A DNA stretch of 63,167 bases, filler included, from Choristocarpus tenellus KU-1152 (GCA_964200185.2; 9 parts of 9 records of this genome joined end to end with filler, not necessarily neighbours in it); one strand, 5' to 3'; shown: positions 9,808 through 22,395, numbered from the whole stretch's first letter. Translations and numbers: made by a program. Notes: generated by a model not told the origin, from the sequence alone.

Positions 9808-12800
9808 ATTATAGGTGGCGAGGAGGAAGGGTTATTGTGAGAGGGGGTGGATTAGACCTGTAATGTTGAGTGTATATATTGATATGGTTGTTGAGCGTAA
9901 AGGTAAGGTCTTGTAATTGCTAAGATCGGAGACCCGAAACAAGATAAATAACTTGCTCTGCATCTACATGCTCAACTTTGTATGGACACCCTGTCGTATT
10001 GTATCATGAAATATATTCTGTGCATATTTTGATATTTTGATTCTTGGTTAGTTTATTCTCGTATCTAATTTACACGTATACTTTTCCATCACTTCTCCAT
10101 TCTGTACCCTCAAACTATCGCAGCGTACTTGTTATGGAGTGGAACAAATACTTCTCCAAGGTTCCTGGTCCTACAAGATCAGAAGGATAAATAGTACCAA
10201 CAGAGGCGTTGTAATGTGGTCCTGCGCACTGAACCTCCCCTCAATCACAAATGGCAAGTCCAACACACAACCAACTTAATTTGAAGTTGGGGGGGTAATA
10301 CTAGCAAGAGATACAAGGGCAAACCATCTACCGATGCAGGTGAGAGACATGGGTGCCAAAGTGAAAGAGGCCCGGTTGAAGGAAGGTGTAGATATGGCGA
10401 GAGAAATAATTTGCTTGCTGTATGTGGTAGAGGCAACCAAGAAGAGGAAGGTAATGCTTCGTTGGTGCAGGAGGCAAAGTGCAATGAGGATATGGAGACT
10501 CTCTTCCCAGGGCACACAAGGAACCTTTTGTTTAAGTATCCCCTGACTCATGTCTGGATAGAAGTGATAATTTAAGGGAAAATGCCAATTGTTGTAAAGG
10601 AGCGATTATCTTAAGGCGGCAACCATACAACTCTAAAGCACCATGGTCAATAGAGTCAATTCCTATCCATCCATCCATATACAAGAGCAAATGAGGGTTT
10701 TACAACTAATAACTTTGAATGCTGACTCTACATGTATACTACTAGTTATCTCCGATACAGTTGGGAGAGTCTATGCGAACACCTTTTTTGAGGGCAGAAA
10801 TGATGATACACATGGGTATCAACGATGATGTGGCTAGGGAAGACACTACTGATGGAGGTAGCATAGTTATTTTCAATGCGAGAGTCAATATTAGAGATGT
10901 TCGGAAGAACTATCAAGGGGGTAAGGGAGTGGGAGTGGGATGACTTATGTGAATGAATACTGGGCGAGGGAATGAGAGAGATGCCGAGATTAGTGATAGG
11001 GAAATGTGATGAGGAAAGTTGTGATGAAAGGGCCAGGTTAGCGTCTGGAGGCAGCTTCGATGGAAGCACAACAAAAAACAGTCTGGAAGAGGGACTGGGA
11101 TTCAGGGTATCTGAATAGAAGTATACATTTGGCACATACTTCAAGAACTGAACTGATGCTGTAGATGGATGGAGAGCATTTTTTCAAAGGAGGTAGTTCA
11201 ACCTTTTAAGGTGAGGACAATTTTGTGGGTTGTGTACATTACGTGTCTGTTCGATATTTGTGATTGTTATTAGTTGCCATTATTATGCGGGAGTGTTTTG
11301 CATTCAAATGTGCTTTAGAAGATGAAAGATAGAGTGCTAGGATAGTAATGATACAAACAATGAGAGTAGCAATCCATGCTGTAACATTATTGTCCTCGAG
11401 AAGAGTAAAACTTGAGTGTAGAGTGCAACTTAAAATATCAGGCTTTCATTTATTTTTTTATATACTGTGTCTGGGCATGGTAACAAGGTATTATTGGGGT
11501 TAGCACACGAGAAGAAATACTCTGTTTCCAACTAGGTGTCACCTGGCATGGGATGCTCACCAGAGGAATAATCTTACCATTTTTATGTGTTCCTTACGTT
11601 GTTTTCCCTTTAGGTCACTCTCCAGGCTACCATTGAGCCTATTTCTTGGTGTTGGTGACAAAACCAGGACCGAGAATAATATGCGTAGATTTTACTATCC
11701 AGTGTAGTACTACAGAGTACATGGTTCAGCATTTGAGGACGCAGTTCATTTCCTCTGTTGTCATACGGTTTAAAAATGATGCGCCCTATCGATCCAGAGT
11801 AAGCATTGATGTTTCTCTTCTTCAACAGCACACACTTGCTGATACTTCTTTTGGATGCAGGTAGGTGTGGTAGGCACCTGAAGCACAACATACCGAAGGT
11901 ATCAGCACACTTTGGCAAAATCCATGTAGAAAGGACGACAGTGAACGCTTTTCGCTTTTACTTCTCAGAAGTGATGAATGACTTGACAAGTGCAGAGTTC
12001 AATATGCTTTGTAGAATATCCTTTTCCAAAAATGTAGTGCAAACCCCAAAATGGAAAAGAACATGCGACCCCTGCTCATGTTTACTAGAGGTATTTTTCA
12101 TCAAGACTAGACTGTTGACTGAGTCCACTCAACGTGGAGAAGGAGGAATAGTAATCTCAAAAGGAGAGTGGAGGTGAAATCAGACTTGACAAAAGTGTGT
12201 GTCCAAGGGAATTAGTAGTAGCGTGGAAGAGCATGAAGACATGAAGGGATTTGTTGGAGCTAGGCCGGTGAAAGTGAAAGAAGTTTACTCTACTCTCAGC
12301 ACTGATTCTTGTCATTGCATGCCATGAGAGGACTTGCAGCACATTTACAGTGCATTTCATCATCAATGATATTTATGCCATATTATTTATATACAAACCA
12401 CTACCTACATCTATCACTCAATCTGGCCACCTCACACATATGGTAGTGAAAAAAGCATCTAGCGGATGTTGGAACTCAATCTAGATGTTCAAAGTACATG
12501 CGGATATGTTCCACTTCTTGAATCGACAAATTAATGTCCTTCATTCGCTGACTTCGAGGGGTGATTGGGGGGTTGCCCTTAGAAGTATCTCGCATGCCTG
12601 GGAACCTTTTGTGCTCTCCAATGATGCGGTACCCTAACCCTAACCATTTTAGTTCCATTGACAGTTAAGCCTGTACAGTGTGGTCTCGACAAAATCTAAG
12701 TGAGCAACGAGACCAGTGAGCAACAACAACATACCCGCAGCCTCTCAGGGACCAGGAATGTTACAAAAAACGTGGCGAGTAATATTAGTATCAGGATCGT

Positions 12801-13574
12801 CGTGGTGTAAAGGTGACACAAAATAACAAATTCAACTACAGCGCGTATTGAGTAGGCCATGGGAAAACTATTCTAGTTGTGCGTACTCATCTTCCAGGAC
12901 CAGGGACCTCCAAGGTTACAAGAAGGAAATATACGTGTAAATTCGATACGAGTAGCAATAACAAAAAAATGAAATACGAAAAATACATCAACATGAGTTG
13001 GGCTGTTAATCATGGGGACTGTTTAGCTAATCCCACATAGAAAGCTCTTTTTTAATCCCACACGATTCCTCTCTTCTCTCTCCCCCATAAGGAAAAGCAC
13101 GTTTCTAGTCACACAAGGAAAACTCTTTCAGAAAAGGGGTGTGGTGGAAATGTGTTTGGAGATCCGTTAAGATCTGACTACTTAGAGTCGTTTCAGCTTG
13201 CGCAGTCAAGTTTAGTGCGCGAACTCTTCTTCGTTGCTAATGGGTTAAAGAGGACCACCAATCGTTGGAGATATCTGAACATTGTGGGAAGAGTTGTCAC
13301 AATCTCTAATACAATAGAATATCTTCCGAATATCCCATAGATTTCACCACATCTCCAATTTGAGAAGTGGAAACTGGATTTTTGAGCATGAACGAACGAG
13401 AATATTTTCGTTCATCCTCTGGTTTTGTTCTCGTGGTGTGACTCCTTCTCCTCATTCATGGTGATTCCTCATCACCCCCGAAGACTGATTGGACGCTGCC
13501 ATGTTCAAAGGTACTCGCACTATAAGTAGTCTCTATTTAGGGGCTCATCAAATAGGAGATCCTTTCTATGGTGG

Positions 13575-14062
13575 CCTCTGTCGAATATCATAGTGTTATC
13601 CTCACGTTGTGTGTGCCGATACAAGTATATAACATAGGTTCGATGTGCGATTATCTTTGGTTTGGTACAATACAAGTAATAACGTGCAAACGGTATGATG
13701 AATCAGTGTATGTTTTACCATGTTACTCAACCAGCACCTTTGGGCGACGAGCCTTAAATGCGCTTAAGCGTGAAAACATACACTACACTGAATTATCAAT
13801 TGCTCGCCAGGTGTCCAGTGTCACTGACACCAATGAATGAACACTGATTCATGACGCCTCTGCGCATGTAAGGCTCGTCGCCAAAAGGTGCTGGTTGAGT
13901 TACATGGTAAAACATGAACTGATTATAAATTGCTCGCCAGGTGTCCAATGTCACTGACGTACGAATAAACACTGATTTATCATACCGTTTACACATTGTG
14001 ACTTATATTGTACCAAACCAAAGATAAACGTATATCAAAAACTTATGTTATTCGACAGCCTC
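13575..14062. repeat. Fold-back element with nested inverted and direct repeats
   Basis: Outer arms 13650-13708 and 13968-14028; inner arms 13710-13763 and 13862-13915; ~65-bp direct repeat at 13786 and 13917. Confidence 0.8.
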
Positions 14063-15604
14063 AAACAAACACTTGGCCAAGACAGGAAGAACATATCTGA
14101 GATACGCTAAGGCAACTTTCAGGGCTTTCCATAGAATACCACTGAACCTGCACACCAAACCCAACTGGTACATCCACAATCCTGACAGCTGATTTAGTCA
14201 AAGGCGCCCCTGAGGAGGCTCAATTGAGCAAGAAAGGAAAGCCAGAGATAATCTGAGGGACGTGTTACTTTGCCGTTCGGGACGCCAACTAGGGAATCGA
14301 CTTTTGCAGTCACGGGCGAAATTAGAGGGGAGTAAGAAGATTTACCTAAAGTTTTAAGACACATACTCAGGCACTTAATCTGTGGCAAGCTGCAGGATTT
14401 CGAGATAGTTGTCTCAATCCTGGCAGCCACGTTCAACCTGTTTCAAGACACTTCTAGAAAGGTAAGTTTAGTGCATCCCTTTAACCGAACTTTGTGATAA
14501 ACGTTCTCTCTGCCAAAGACATTGTAGGTATCAAGTAATTTTGAAACAGATAAAAGAATGCAGACAATCCGTAGCTGTTTATGATTAAAGGGTAAGGGAT
14601 GTAGCTTGTAGTTCATTGGTACGATTGAAATCGATACAAACCAGATGCAGTTTATTGGATTTGGACAAGGCTGGAGTCGACTTCGATACACGCGATAAAT
14701 TACAGGTTTGCCTTATACAGTATGTTGATCAAGCTTTGAAATCGTAAGGATTGCTGAACGACATTCTCATGTAGAGATGGAAATCACTTCTCACCAAAGT
14801 TGCAAAACTAGGCATTTTAAGACTTATATATGAACATTTCGTAAGGGAATATCAGCGCATTGCCCCTCCATTGTTTTGTCTGCATTGTGCTCTTGGATGT
14901 GGAGACTCAGATGTTGCTCAACATCTGCTGAGCACACGATCTTTACCACTTTGAATTCCCATCGCCCGTCCCCACCAGCCATTGTTCTGGTGCTTTCAGT
15001 ATGTGGTAGCCTGTCTCCTATATATATATGTCTATTCTTACTTAAACAATTGCTTGGCACGTTTAGGATTGACGATTCAGATTACTTGGTATGTCCTTCC
15101 CCCGTCCGATTAGAGGTTGCCCTGGCCCTTTGAGGGTGTGCTCTGGAAGGTATAAAAATGAACACGCCTTCGAAGTCAGTCTCTGATTTTTAGGCTTCAA
15201 CGTTTTCAAGATACAACTGCCTGGTATGTTTAGGGTAGGTATGGTGTTGATCAAAATAAACTGCTCTAACGTTCTAAGGGTTTTGTAGATTGTGCACTGT
15301 TCTTCCCCAAGGTTGGAATATATTGCAATCAGGAAGAGATAGGTCAGGATGCTAAGGACAACAAAACATTGAAGAGATGTGCTCACCTGCCATTTCACAA
15401 ATACTTACTCTCTTGTCTAACCTCTCGACAATTTGTGATGTAAGTAAGAACATTATGTACTGTACTATAAATTGCTCATCTGCTAATATATACAGAACTT
15501 CTCAGGATAATTTAGTTGGCAGACTTATATCTATGTTGTCTTGTGGCTGCGAATACGCAGGGCAAATATTGCGAAGCTGAGACACTTTACCGCAAGGTGA
15601 TAAC

Positions 15605-15847
15605 GACCCAAAGTATTTCAAAGGGTAGGGTCGGGCTAATAAACCCAATGTTGCGATTTTGATGTAATTGTGGTTATCATCGGGTTTGTTTAAGCAGTGT
15701 CAATATCCTTGTTCTGGACAAACTTTTTCATAATGCATACATTTTACACACTCCGAACATTTTCGGAGTAAGAAGATGTCACAAAGGAAGCCAAGCCCCA
15801 AACTGACAAACAGTGCAAAACTCGTACCCTCTAAGATATTTTAACTC
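15605..15847 (+). mobile_element. MITE family A, diverged copy
   Basis: GACCCAAAGTATTTCAAAGGGT ... ACCCTCTAAGATATTTTAACTC; internal sequence homologous to 3005-3258. Confidence 0.85.
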
Positions 15848-16354
15848 GAACTTACATCATTGGAATGCTGATACACACCGGACTCATATATAGTATGTTA
15901 TTGGTGGCTATAATCGTTTTGGTTATCAGTGCAGAAATTTTCTAGAAAATCAGCTTGGAGTACTCTGAGTGTACTTCGATTACTCCAAGTGTTGCTGGGT
16001 CATCTTTTGGTATTCATGATTATATTACAGGCTCAGACTCGTCAGTTTGGACACTGTCATTGTTACCATCTTCCATTATGAGTTCCACCTTTATATTCCT
16101 CCTGTAAAATCTCGTCTACTCCCCCCTCTACGGTATCAATTAGTCTCGCTGACTCGTTTGTGCCTTTCAGCTCTTGTAGAACATTCCATTAGGTTCAATA
16201 TTTCTCCCTTCAACATCTTGTCCTCTGTCTTGATGTTTTTGGGATCTGCTCGTTTCCATCCACCCTGAATCCGATCCCAGTTAGGGTCACCATACCTCCA
16301 GTCTTACCTGATCTCTCACTTGGGCAATTCAAATTCCTCCTTAAGGCCCCCCCA

Positions 16355-17042
16355 TGTTAAAGTATCCCCAAAATCATCAAAGAGGGTAAAGGTGATAAAC
16401 CCAGCGAGATTGCTTGGTGTCTGTAGAGTGGTTCATTAAATTTAGGTGGGGCATGCAAGTCCCCATAATATCAGAAATATTTCCTTTAATATGAGAAAGA
16501 TTGTCCTTCAACTAATCACTAGTAATAGAGCCAAAGTATCTTAGAGGGTAGAGTCGCGTCCATTTGGGGGCCAAAATCCAATGTTGCGATTTAGATGTAA
16601 TTTTGGCTATTGTATTTGTTAGGGAGTGTCAATATCCTCATTCCGGACACACCTTTTCATAACGTATACATTTTACCTACTCCGAAATATTTTGGAGTAG
16701 GAAAATGTCATTAAAAAAAACATGGGAAGCCAAGCCCCAAATGGACAAACAGGGCAAATCTCGTACCCTCTAAGATACTTTCACTCAAAGGTTCTGATAA
16801 CTCAACCACTAATTGATTTTTCCGTTACTCTGTAAATGTCCGCGTAACTGTCCGATAGAGTTGGAAGAGTCTAATCGAACACCCTTCCTAGCTTAAACAA
16901 CTCTTGAGAACTTACAAGAAAACAATTATGGATCCAACGAGACTCCTCAGGTCAATCCTCTATGTCAAGAAAACAACCAGCTATTGAATTCTCTGAAAAG
17001 AAATAAATCCAAATACACTCAGGTTTAGTAAGAAACAAACCA
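16355..17042 (+). repeat. Dispersed repeat family C, interrupted by MITE A
   Basis: Reverse-complement homologues at 17263-17677 and 62776-63043, for example GGTTCTGATAACTCAACCACTAATTGAT and GTAACTGTCCGATAGAGTTGGAAGAGTCTAATCGAACA. Confidence 0.8.
16528..16786 (+). mobile_element. MITE family A nested in repeat family C
   Basis: Full TIRs. The empty site is visible in the family C copy at ~62860-62885, which defines the ends and a 3-bp TSD (ATA/AAA). Confidence 0.9.
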
Positions 17043-17161
17043 CTAAACCTCCATATTCTACCTCCACAAGACGAAGTCGACATGTGGCTAAAGGCACACC
17101 AAGTTTGCTTTCATATTGCCTCTAGTCAAGACTGCTCCACGTCTATAACTGACGAGTGCAG

Positions 17162-17261
17162 NNNNNNNNNNNNNNNNNNNNNNNNNNNNNNNNNNNNNNN
17201 NNNNNTTAATTAATTAANNNNNNNNNNNNNNNNNNNNNNNNNNNNNNNNNNNNNNNNNNNN
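17162..17261. other. Artificial contig linker N44-TTAATTAATTAA-N44
   Basis: Identical 100-bp spacer with six-frame stop codons. It also occurs at 22396-22495, 26689-26788, 31180-31279, 36535-36634, 42770-42869, 49280-49379 and 56454-56553. Confidence 0.97.
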
Positions 17262-17262
17262 A

Positions 17263-17677
17263 CTTGAGTGTGTTTGTTTGGATTTATTTCTTTGCAGTGA
17301 GTTCAATAGCTGGTTGTTTTCTTGTCATACAGGATTGACCTAAGGAGTCTCCTAGGATCCATAATTTTTTTCTTGTAAGTTCTCAAGAGTTGATTGAGCT
17401 AGGGAGGGTGTTCGATTAGACTCTTCTAACTCTATCGGACAGTTACGGAAAAATATGTATGGATTAACGGAACAATCAATTAGTGGTAGAGTTATCAGAA
17501 CCTTTTACAAGTGATGAGTTGTATGGGAATTTTTCTCAGATAAAAGGAAATATTTCTGATTTTTATGGGGTATTGCATGCCCCACTTAACTTCAATCAAT
17601 CACTCGACAGACACCAAGAGCAATCTCGCTGGGCTTATCGCCTTTATCCTCTTTGATGATTTGGGAGATAGTTTAAA
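17263..17677 (-). repeat. Dispersed repeat family C copy
   Basis: Reverse complement of 16355-17042 without the MITE. Confidence 0.8.
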
Positions 17678-17889
17678 AGATATTCCCCCACGTTTTTGCC
17701 ATTCTTTGATCGCGACATAGCTCCCGTTCCCCGAAGCCTGGACATCCTGGATACAAACCTTCAAAAGCTCTTGTTATACCCTTTCATTTGAATATATACT
17801 TTGTTGAATAACTGTTGTGGCATTCCGGTAAAAAAAAACTACGTTTGCCACAGAGGGCGAAGCTACTGGTAGCACCTTAGTGTCGCAAT

Positions 17890-18080
17890 GATTCTCTTGT
17901 CTGGAAACAAGAAAATGCCTGCTAGGTGTACTACCTTTGTCTAATGGCATTCTTGGATTGGTGTAGTTTCTCTTGTCTAGAAGCAAGAGAGCTGCTGGGC
18001 GGTTGTATTACTCTTGTGTGATAACATTTGCGTTACCGTCATTCTCTTGCCTGGGAGCAAGAGACCGCCTGGCTGGCTCT
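17890..18080 (-). repeat. Three diverged ~75-bp tandem repeats, probably coding for 25-aa units, within a decayed ORF
   Basis: TTCTCTTGYCTRGRARCAAGA at 17892, 17968 and 18042. The minus-strand translation gives recurring ...SRQEN/PRQEN. Confidence 0.6.
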
Positions 18081-19699
18081 TGAATAGTGTTGAAATAACT
18101 TTGGCAGCATCGTCTTACTATTCATTGTGTAGAATCTACATCAACAGCGAGGTATCCCATTGAGAGCAGGTGACAAAGGATCCAATTCGACGTTATCGGA
18201 GATTCTTGCCAAGGCCTAATTTGATTCTCCTGCACATGAGGTTTAAATATCTGATTATAGGTTTTCTGCACGATGGGAAACAAAGTGGGTTTGTATCACC
18301 TCTTTATCTACACGGCATCCTACTAGGTCCTGAAGTACAAGTCCTACCCGAAGGGGTAGTGGAAAATGATAACTGAAACTTGGTTGTTTAAATCCGGCTT
18401 AATGAGCCACATCCTGTACTAGGACGTCTATATTAGTGGAGCCTGGCATGTATAGCGAGTGTAAAGTGGCAATTTTACTGTTGCCTAATTTGGGGATTGG
18501 GGGTCTTGTGTAGATGCTGGTGTGGCCATAAAAAATCTAATTTTTTGTTAGCCCATGCCGTCCAGATTCTGGCAAGGGGCTAAGCATGTGTGCTCCCAAC
18601 TCCCATTTCTATCAGCTTCCGGGTTATCTATTTTGTAGAGGAGACCCATCGCAACTTCAAGGAGAAAACATTACGGACTTGTAGGCAAAAAGAGAATTCC
18701 ATTAAGGGAGATTGTGGGTGAAGGAATTTGGGATCGATCTTTTCTCACTGACCCAGAAACAGTTTTACTATCAATATCCATGGTTACTCTATTCCCTTCG
18801 ATGAAATTCTGTTTTTGTTTACAAGGTACAAGATTATTGGAGGACGGTAGACAAAGTGAAATTCTCTCTAATGTTGGCATGCTTCTGTGCCATAGCTGGT
18901 AGAAAATCAGTCTCGAAATGAACCTGATATTGGTATCACTCGCTCAATCATCTTAAATGGTGTTGGAAGCTGTTCCGCAACAAGTTGTACGACAATTTGC
19001 ACTGGAAGTCACACTGCCAGTTGTAGGACATGCTCCATAATAAATATTGCTTCCATGGTAAGGGAAGACCACTCTACCTATTTTGCATGATCTGGTTCCA
19101 GTATAATCACAGAGGATGGCAACGACGTTTTGGAAGTAAATGAACTTTTGTTTTACCCTACTAGAATGTAGTCTATCACATTTGCCAGTTACATTTGTTT
19201 TTCGATTTCCACAAACTTCACTAGTAATGACCAATCCTGGTGCATTGCGCGCACAGTCGATATGTTCCCCAAACCCTCTCTTCTGCTTGGAGCTCCCTAA
19301 ACATCTTGACTACAGTAAAAAACCCGCCCCTCTGTACACTAGAAGGACCTTGGAGGTATGGTATCTGGATAATCGCTGCGTGCCCCCCCTTGCCAATCAT
19401 CACATTTCACAAAAAAGAAAAGGAGAACAAGAAGAACAAGGGGATGAAAGGAAACAACCCTTCAAAATGAATACACGTGCATCCACATGAGGCTTTCTTT
19501 CTTCAAGAGTCTGAGTGTTGCTGCAAGAGCTACCTGTCGCCATCCCCTGGCGTTGAAAAGACGTTGTCGTTAAGCAACCACTGTCTACACTACATCACAG
19601 CGCCGAGTCGAGGGGTGTGCAGCTTGAAATGCAGCATGCATCATTCCTTAGAGCTCAAGTCGGTTACTCGACAACCCCTCAGTCGTGCAGGGTGGGCGG

Positions 19700-20890
19700 G
19701 AGATCAGCTGTAATTCTTTGAGGACCTTGACTGTCTGCTGGTTCCTGTGTACCAATATATTGCTGATGACTGAACAGAAGTGCACAAATGTGTTTGCTCA
19801 ATCAGTGAGAAGCGTCAGCTAGCCGCTTTCTAGCTTACCCCTCTACATGTATACGGAGACTACACATGTCTCCACATGAGGCTTTATTTATTAAAGAGTC
19901 TGGGTGTTGCTGAAAGGGGCCCCTGCCGCAATGGTTCTTCTCAACGGCAAAGGTTTGCGATATAGTCGCAGCATAGAGGATAGTACAGCAAGGTGTGCAA
20001 ACTGTTGAACTTGTCATGTAAAATCATTCAAAGAATAGATTCCGAGCAAAAAAGTTTGTCATGGAATAGGTTCGAACCTGCGAAATTCATGGAATGGTGT
20101 CGGGGGGTGGGGAGGGGAAGGGGGACCTTCATACTACCAAGTACAATATCGAGTACCATTTACTGACTCCCAAAAAGCAAAAGTACCAGTTTCTAACTGC
20201 CAAGTAAAGTTGCTAGTGTCATGTGCTGTCAGGGTCAAGCTTGTCAGATGCCATCTGCTAAAACGAGATGTGTTAATATTTTGCTGAATGTCAAGTAGAG
20301 TTGTAAGTGCCATCCATGTGCTGAGTACCAAGTAAGGATCAAGAGTCATTTCCTAATTGGGAATATCTCTTTTAGCATTCTGGTAGGTATGTAAGAAATC
20401 TATTGACATTGGTAGGTAGAGGGGAAAAATTCCACCTGCGTCGAGGGTTGCGCAATTATGCAACAGCCAAATTTGTTTTCCCCCCTACGTTGCTTTGAAG
20501 GTAGTTGTCCTCATCATCTGACGACTCACAAATACCGTTGGAGGGGCATGTGAGACGTGGAGGTGAATATGGGGTCGCATTTCTGCCTGTAACAAGATCG
20601 AAGGTGTATGCTGGACTCTGCTGTGATTCGAGCTCCAGCAGAATTTTGTCCTGGTATTGGGCCAGCACCAGCCAGGACAAGGGCAGCATGGACGGCAAGG
20701 GCTTGGTTCATTTTGGTCCTGCTTCTACTTCCATGGGAGTTGTCTGGAGACTCAGCTGTGAGTTCTCTAGGGCATGGCCGTCTGCTCTGTTCGTTGTGTA
20801 CCTAATTATTGCCGATCACTGACCAATATTGCATCACTTGTGTTTGCTCATTAAGTGAGATACGCCGGCTAGTCTTTGTCTAGCTTATGC
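19700..20890 (+). repeat. Unclassified old dispersed repeat (LTR-like), two copies here
   Basis: Motif GATSACTGA...TGTGTTTGCTCAWTMAGTGAGA...GCTAG...CTAGCTTA at ~19746-19836 and ~20793-20887. Homologues lie at 46330-46496 (+), and at 43205-43295 and 43780-43870 (-). Confidence 0.55.
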
Positions 20891-21959
20891 CTTGTATATA
20901 TGGAAAGTACAACGAGAAAGCAGTATCTAACAGTGATGGTGGTGGTTAATTGGGCGACCTTAGCTGCTGCTTTATCATTACGTACAATTAGTTACCATGG
21001 CTTCCTTTTAATGCCACTCAGCCAGCTCATTGTGCTGACAGCCACACACTCGTATCACTGTTGTTGGTTGGTGGCCCTGGTCGTCGAACCCTCAACCGAA
21101 ATCCTGAACTTCTCCAGGTCATGATTGGAGGAAAAAATATACACCAGTTCTTATCCTATTCGCCCTGCTTCCGTTTTCCAGTCACAACCTACCCAAACAT
21201 CATCAAATCGGAAATTCGTTCATTCCCCATGCGTGCAACTGATCCAGCAAATGGGAGTCTTTCCTTGCGCACAGTTGCCTTGATACCCTCACACCTAGTC
21301 TTCACAAGATTTATTCTTCTTGTAGGACAGTCCAACGTGATCAGTGCGTTCTCGTTTACAAAATCCAATGTAGAAGGAAGTGGCAATGGGAGTGAAGTTT
21401 CAGAAAATGGACATTTAATAGAGTGTTAACGCCATACAACCATCCATCTAACAGGCCCTCATTCCCCTCTAAGCCTTGAGCATTCGAATTTTGAGCTCAA
21501 GCGATACACTTGGGGTTTGTCCTATTTTAGTACTGGACTACATTTTGGAAAACGATTCGTAGCTTCTAAATCCTCTACCTGGTGTTTGAATAGATTCCTC
21601 CAACTGTTGTATGGGAGAACACTAGCAGCATACATCTATAATGAGAAATACAAGAGTTATTACTTAGCAAACCCAGATTGATTCTTGTGTATGAACAGAT
21701 GGATAGGAATTGATTCAATTAAGCATGGTGCTTTGAAGTTGTATGGTTGCCTCTCTGCCTGGGATAGTCACTCTATAACATTTATCAATATTCTTGTGGT
21801 TATCTCTTTCATCCACACATGAGTAGGGCGATACCTCAATAGCTGGTCTCAGCAATGATAGCAACTTGTCTCTAAGGGTGTCCACCAGGTGAACAAAAGT
21901 GTCAGTCCACACGTATTTCTGTCCAGGGCCTGGATCTGTGTAACATCTTCAGCAGCACT

Positions 21960-22395
21960 ATTCGGGAAGGGGGTAGGAAGACCTCTGTGGCAGCTCCAGA
22001 AGATAGTGACCTTCCAGGGTCCCCTACTGTGCAGCACAAGAATCATATCCCCTAAACCATGATCATTACAGCCAACGCCCGCCAAGATTCGGCTCACAAC
22101 TTTGATGGAAAGCTTGGTGTTTGGCATGTGTGTACGCCAAAAATGGCAGACAGGACAAGCAAGAACCATAAAAAGGGGGAGGTGCATGAGCAAGAATGTA
22201 CTTTAGACCATTTGTGGTACGGAAGTGGTACACGGAGGATTTACTGCCTGCAATCAAGACTAAGAAGCCTTGGTTGCAGGGGAAGCACGTTGTCGTTCAG
22301 CAAGACGGTAACACCCCCCCCACGGGCAAGGGTAACTCAGAAATCTTGTCAGGGGCAGGCAAGACTGAGGGATGGTCGACTAGGCTTGTGGCGCG
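21960..22395 (+). mobile_element. Tc1/mariner (DD39D-type) transposase fragment, frameshifted and cut by a linker
   Basis: VQHKNHIPK / IITANARQDSAHNFDGKLGVWHV..ADRTSKNHKKG / DLLPAIKTK..HVVVQQDGNTPP, which are motifs typical of plant/stramenopile mariner transposases. Confidence 0.85.

Noticed and set aside
14800-15450. Possible Gypsy integrase/chromodomain remnant (GDGRWEFKVVKIV)
   Set aside because: The resemblance is limited to a few residues in broken frames and cannot be supported without an HMM search.
17206-17217. Recurrent TTAATTAATTAA motif between N runs
   Set aside because: It is a synthetic six-frame-stop linker, identical at all eight gaps.
16355-17677. Apparent large inverted repeat centred on 17162-17261
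   Set aside because: The arms are on different contigs joined by an artificial linker, and a third copy exists at 62776. This is a dispersed repeat, not a demonstrable palindrome.
17890-18080. CRISPR-like look: three palindromic ~25-30-bp repeats separated by ~45-bp segments
   Set aside because: The 'spacers' are homologous to each other, the period is ~75 bp (25 codons) with a recurring peptide, no cas genes are present, and the context is eukaryotic.
19760-19815. Possible hammerhead ribozyme (CTGATGA) in the conserved repeat core
   Set aside because: There is no properly placed GAAA or stems II/III, and CTGATGA is not conserved in the other copies.
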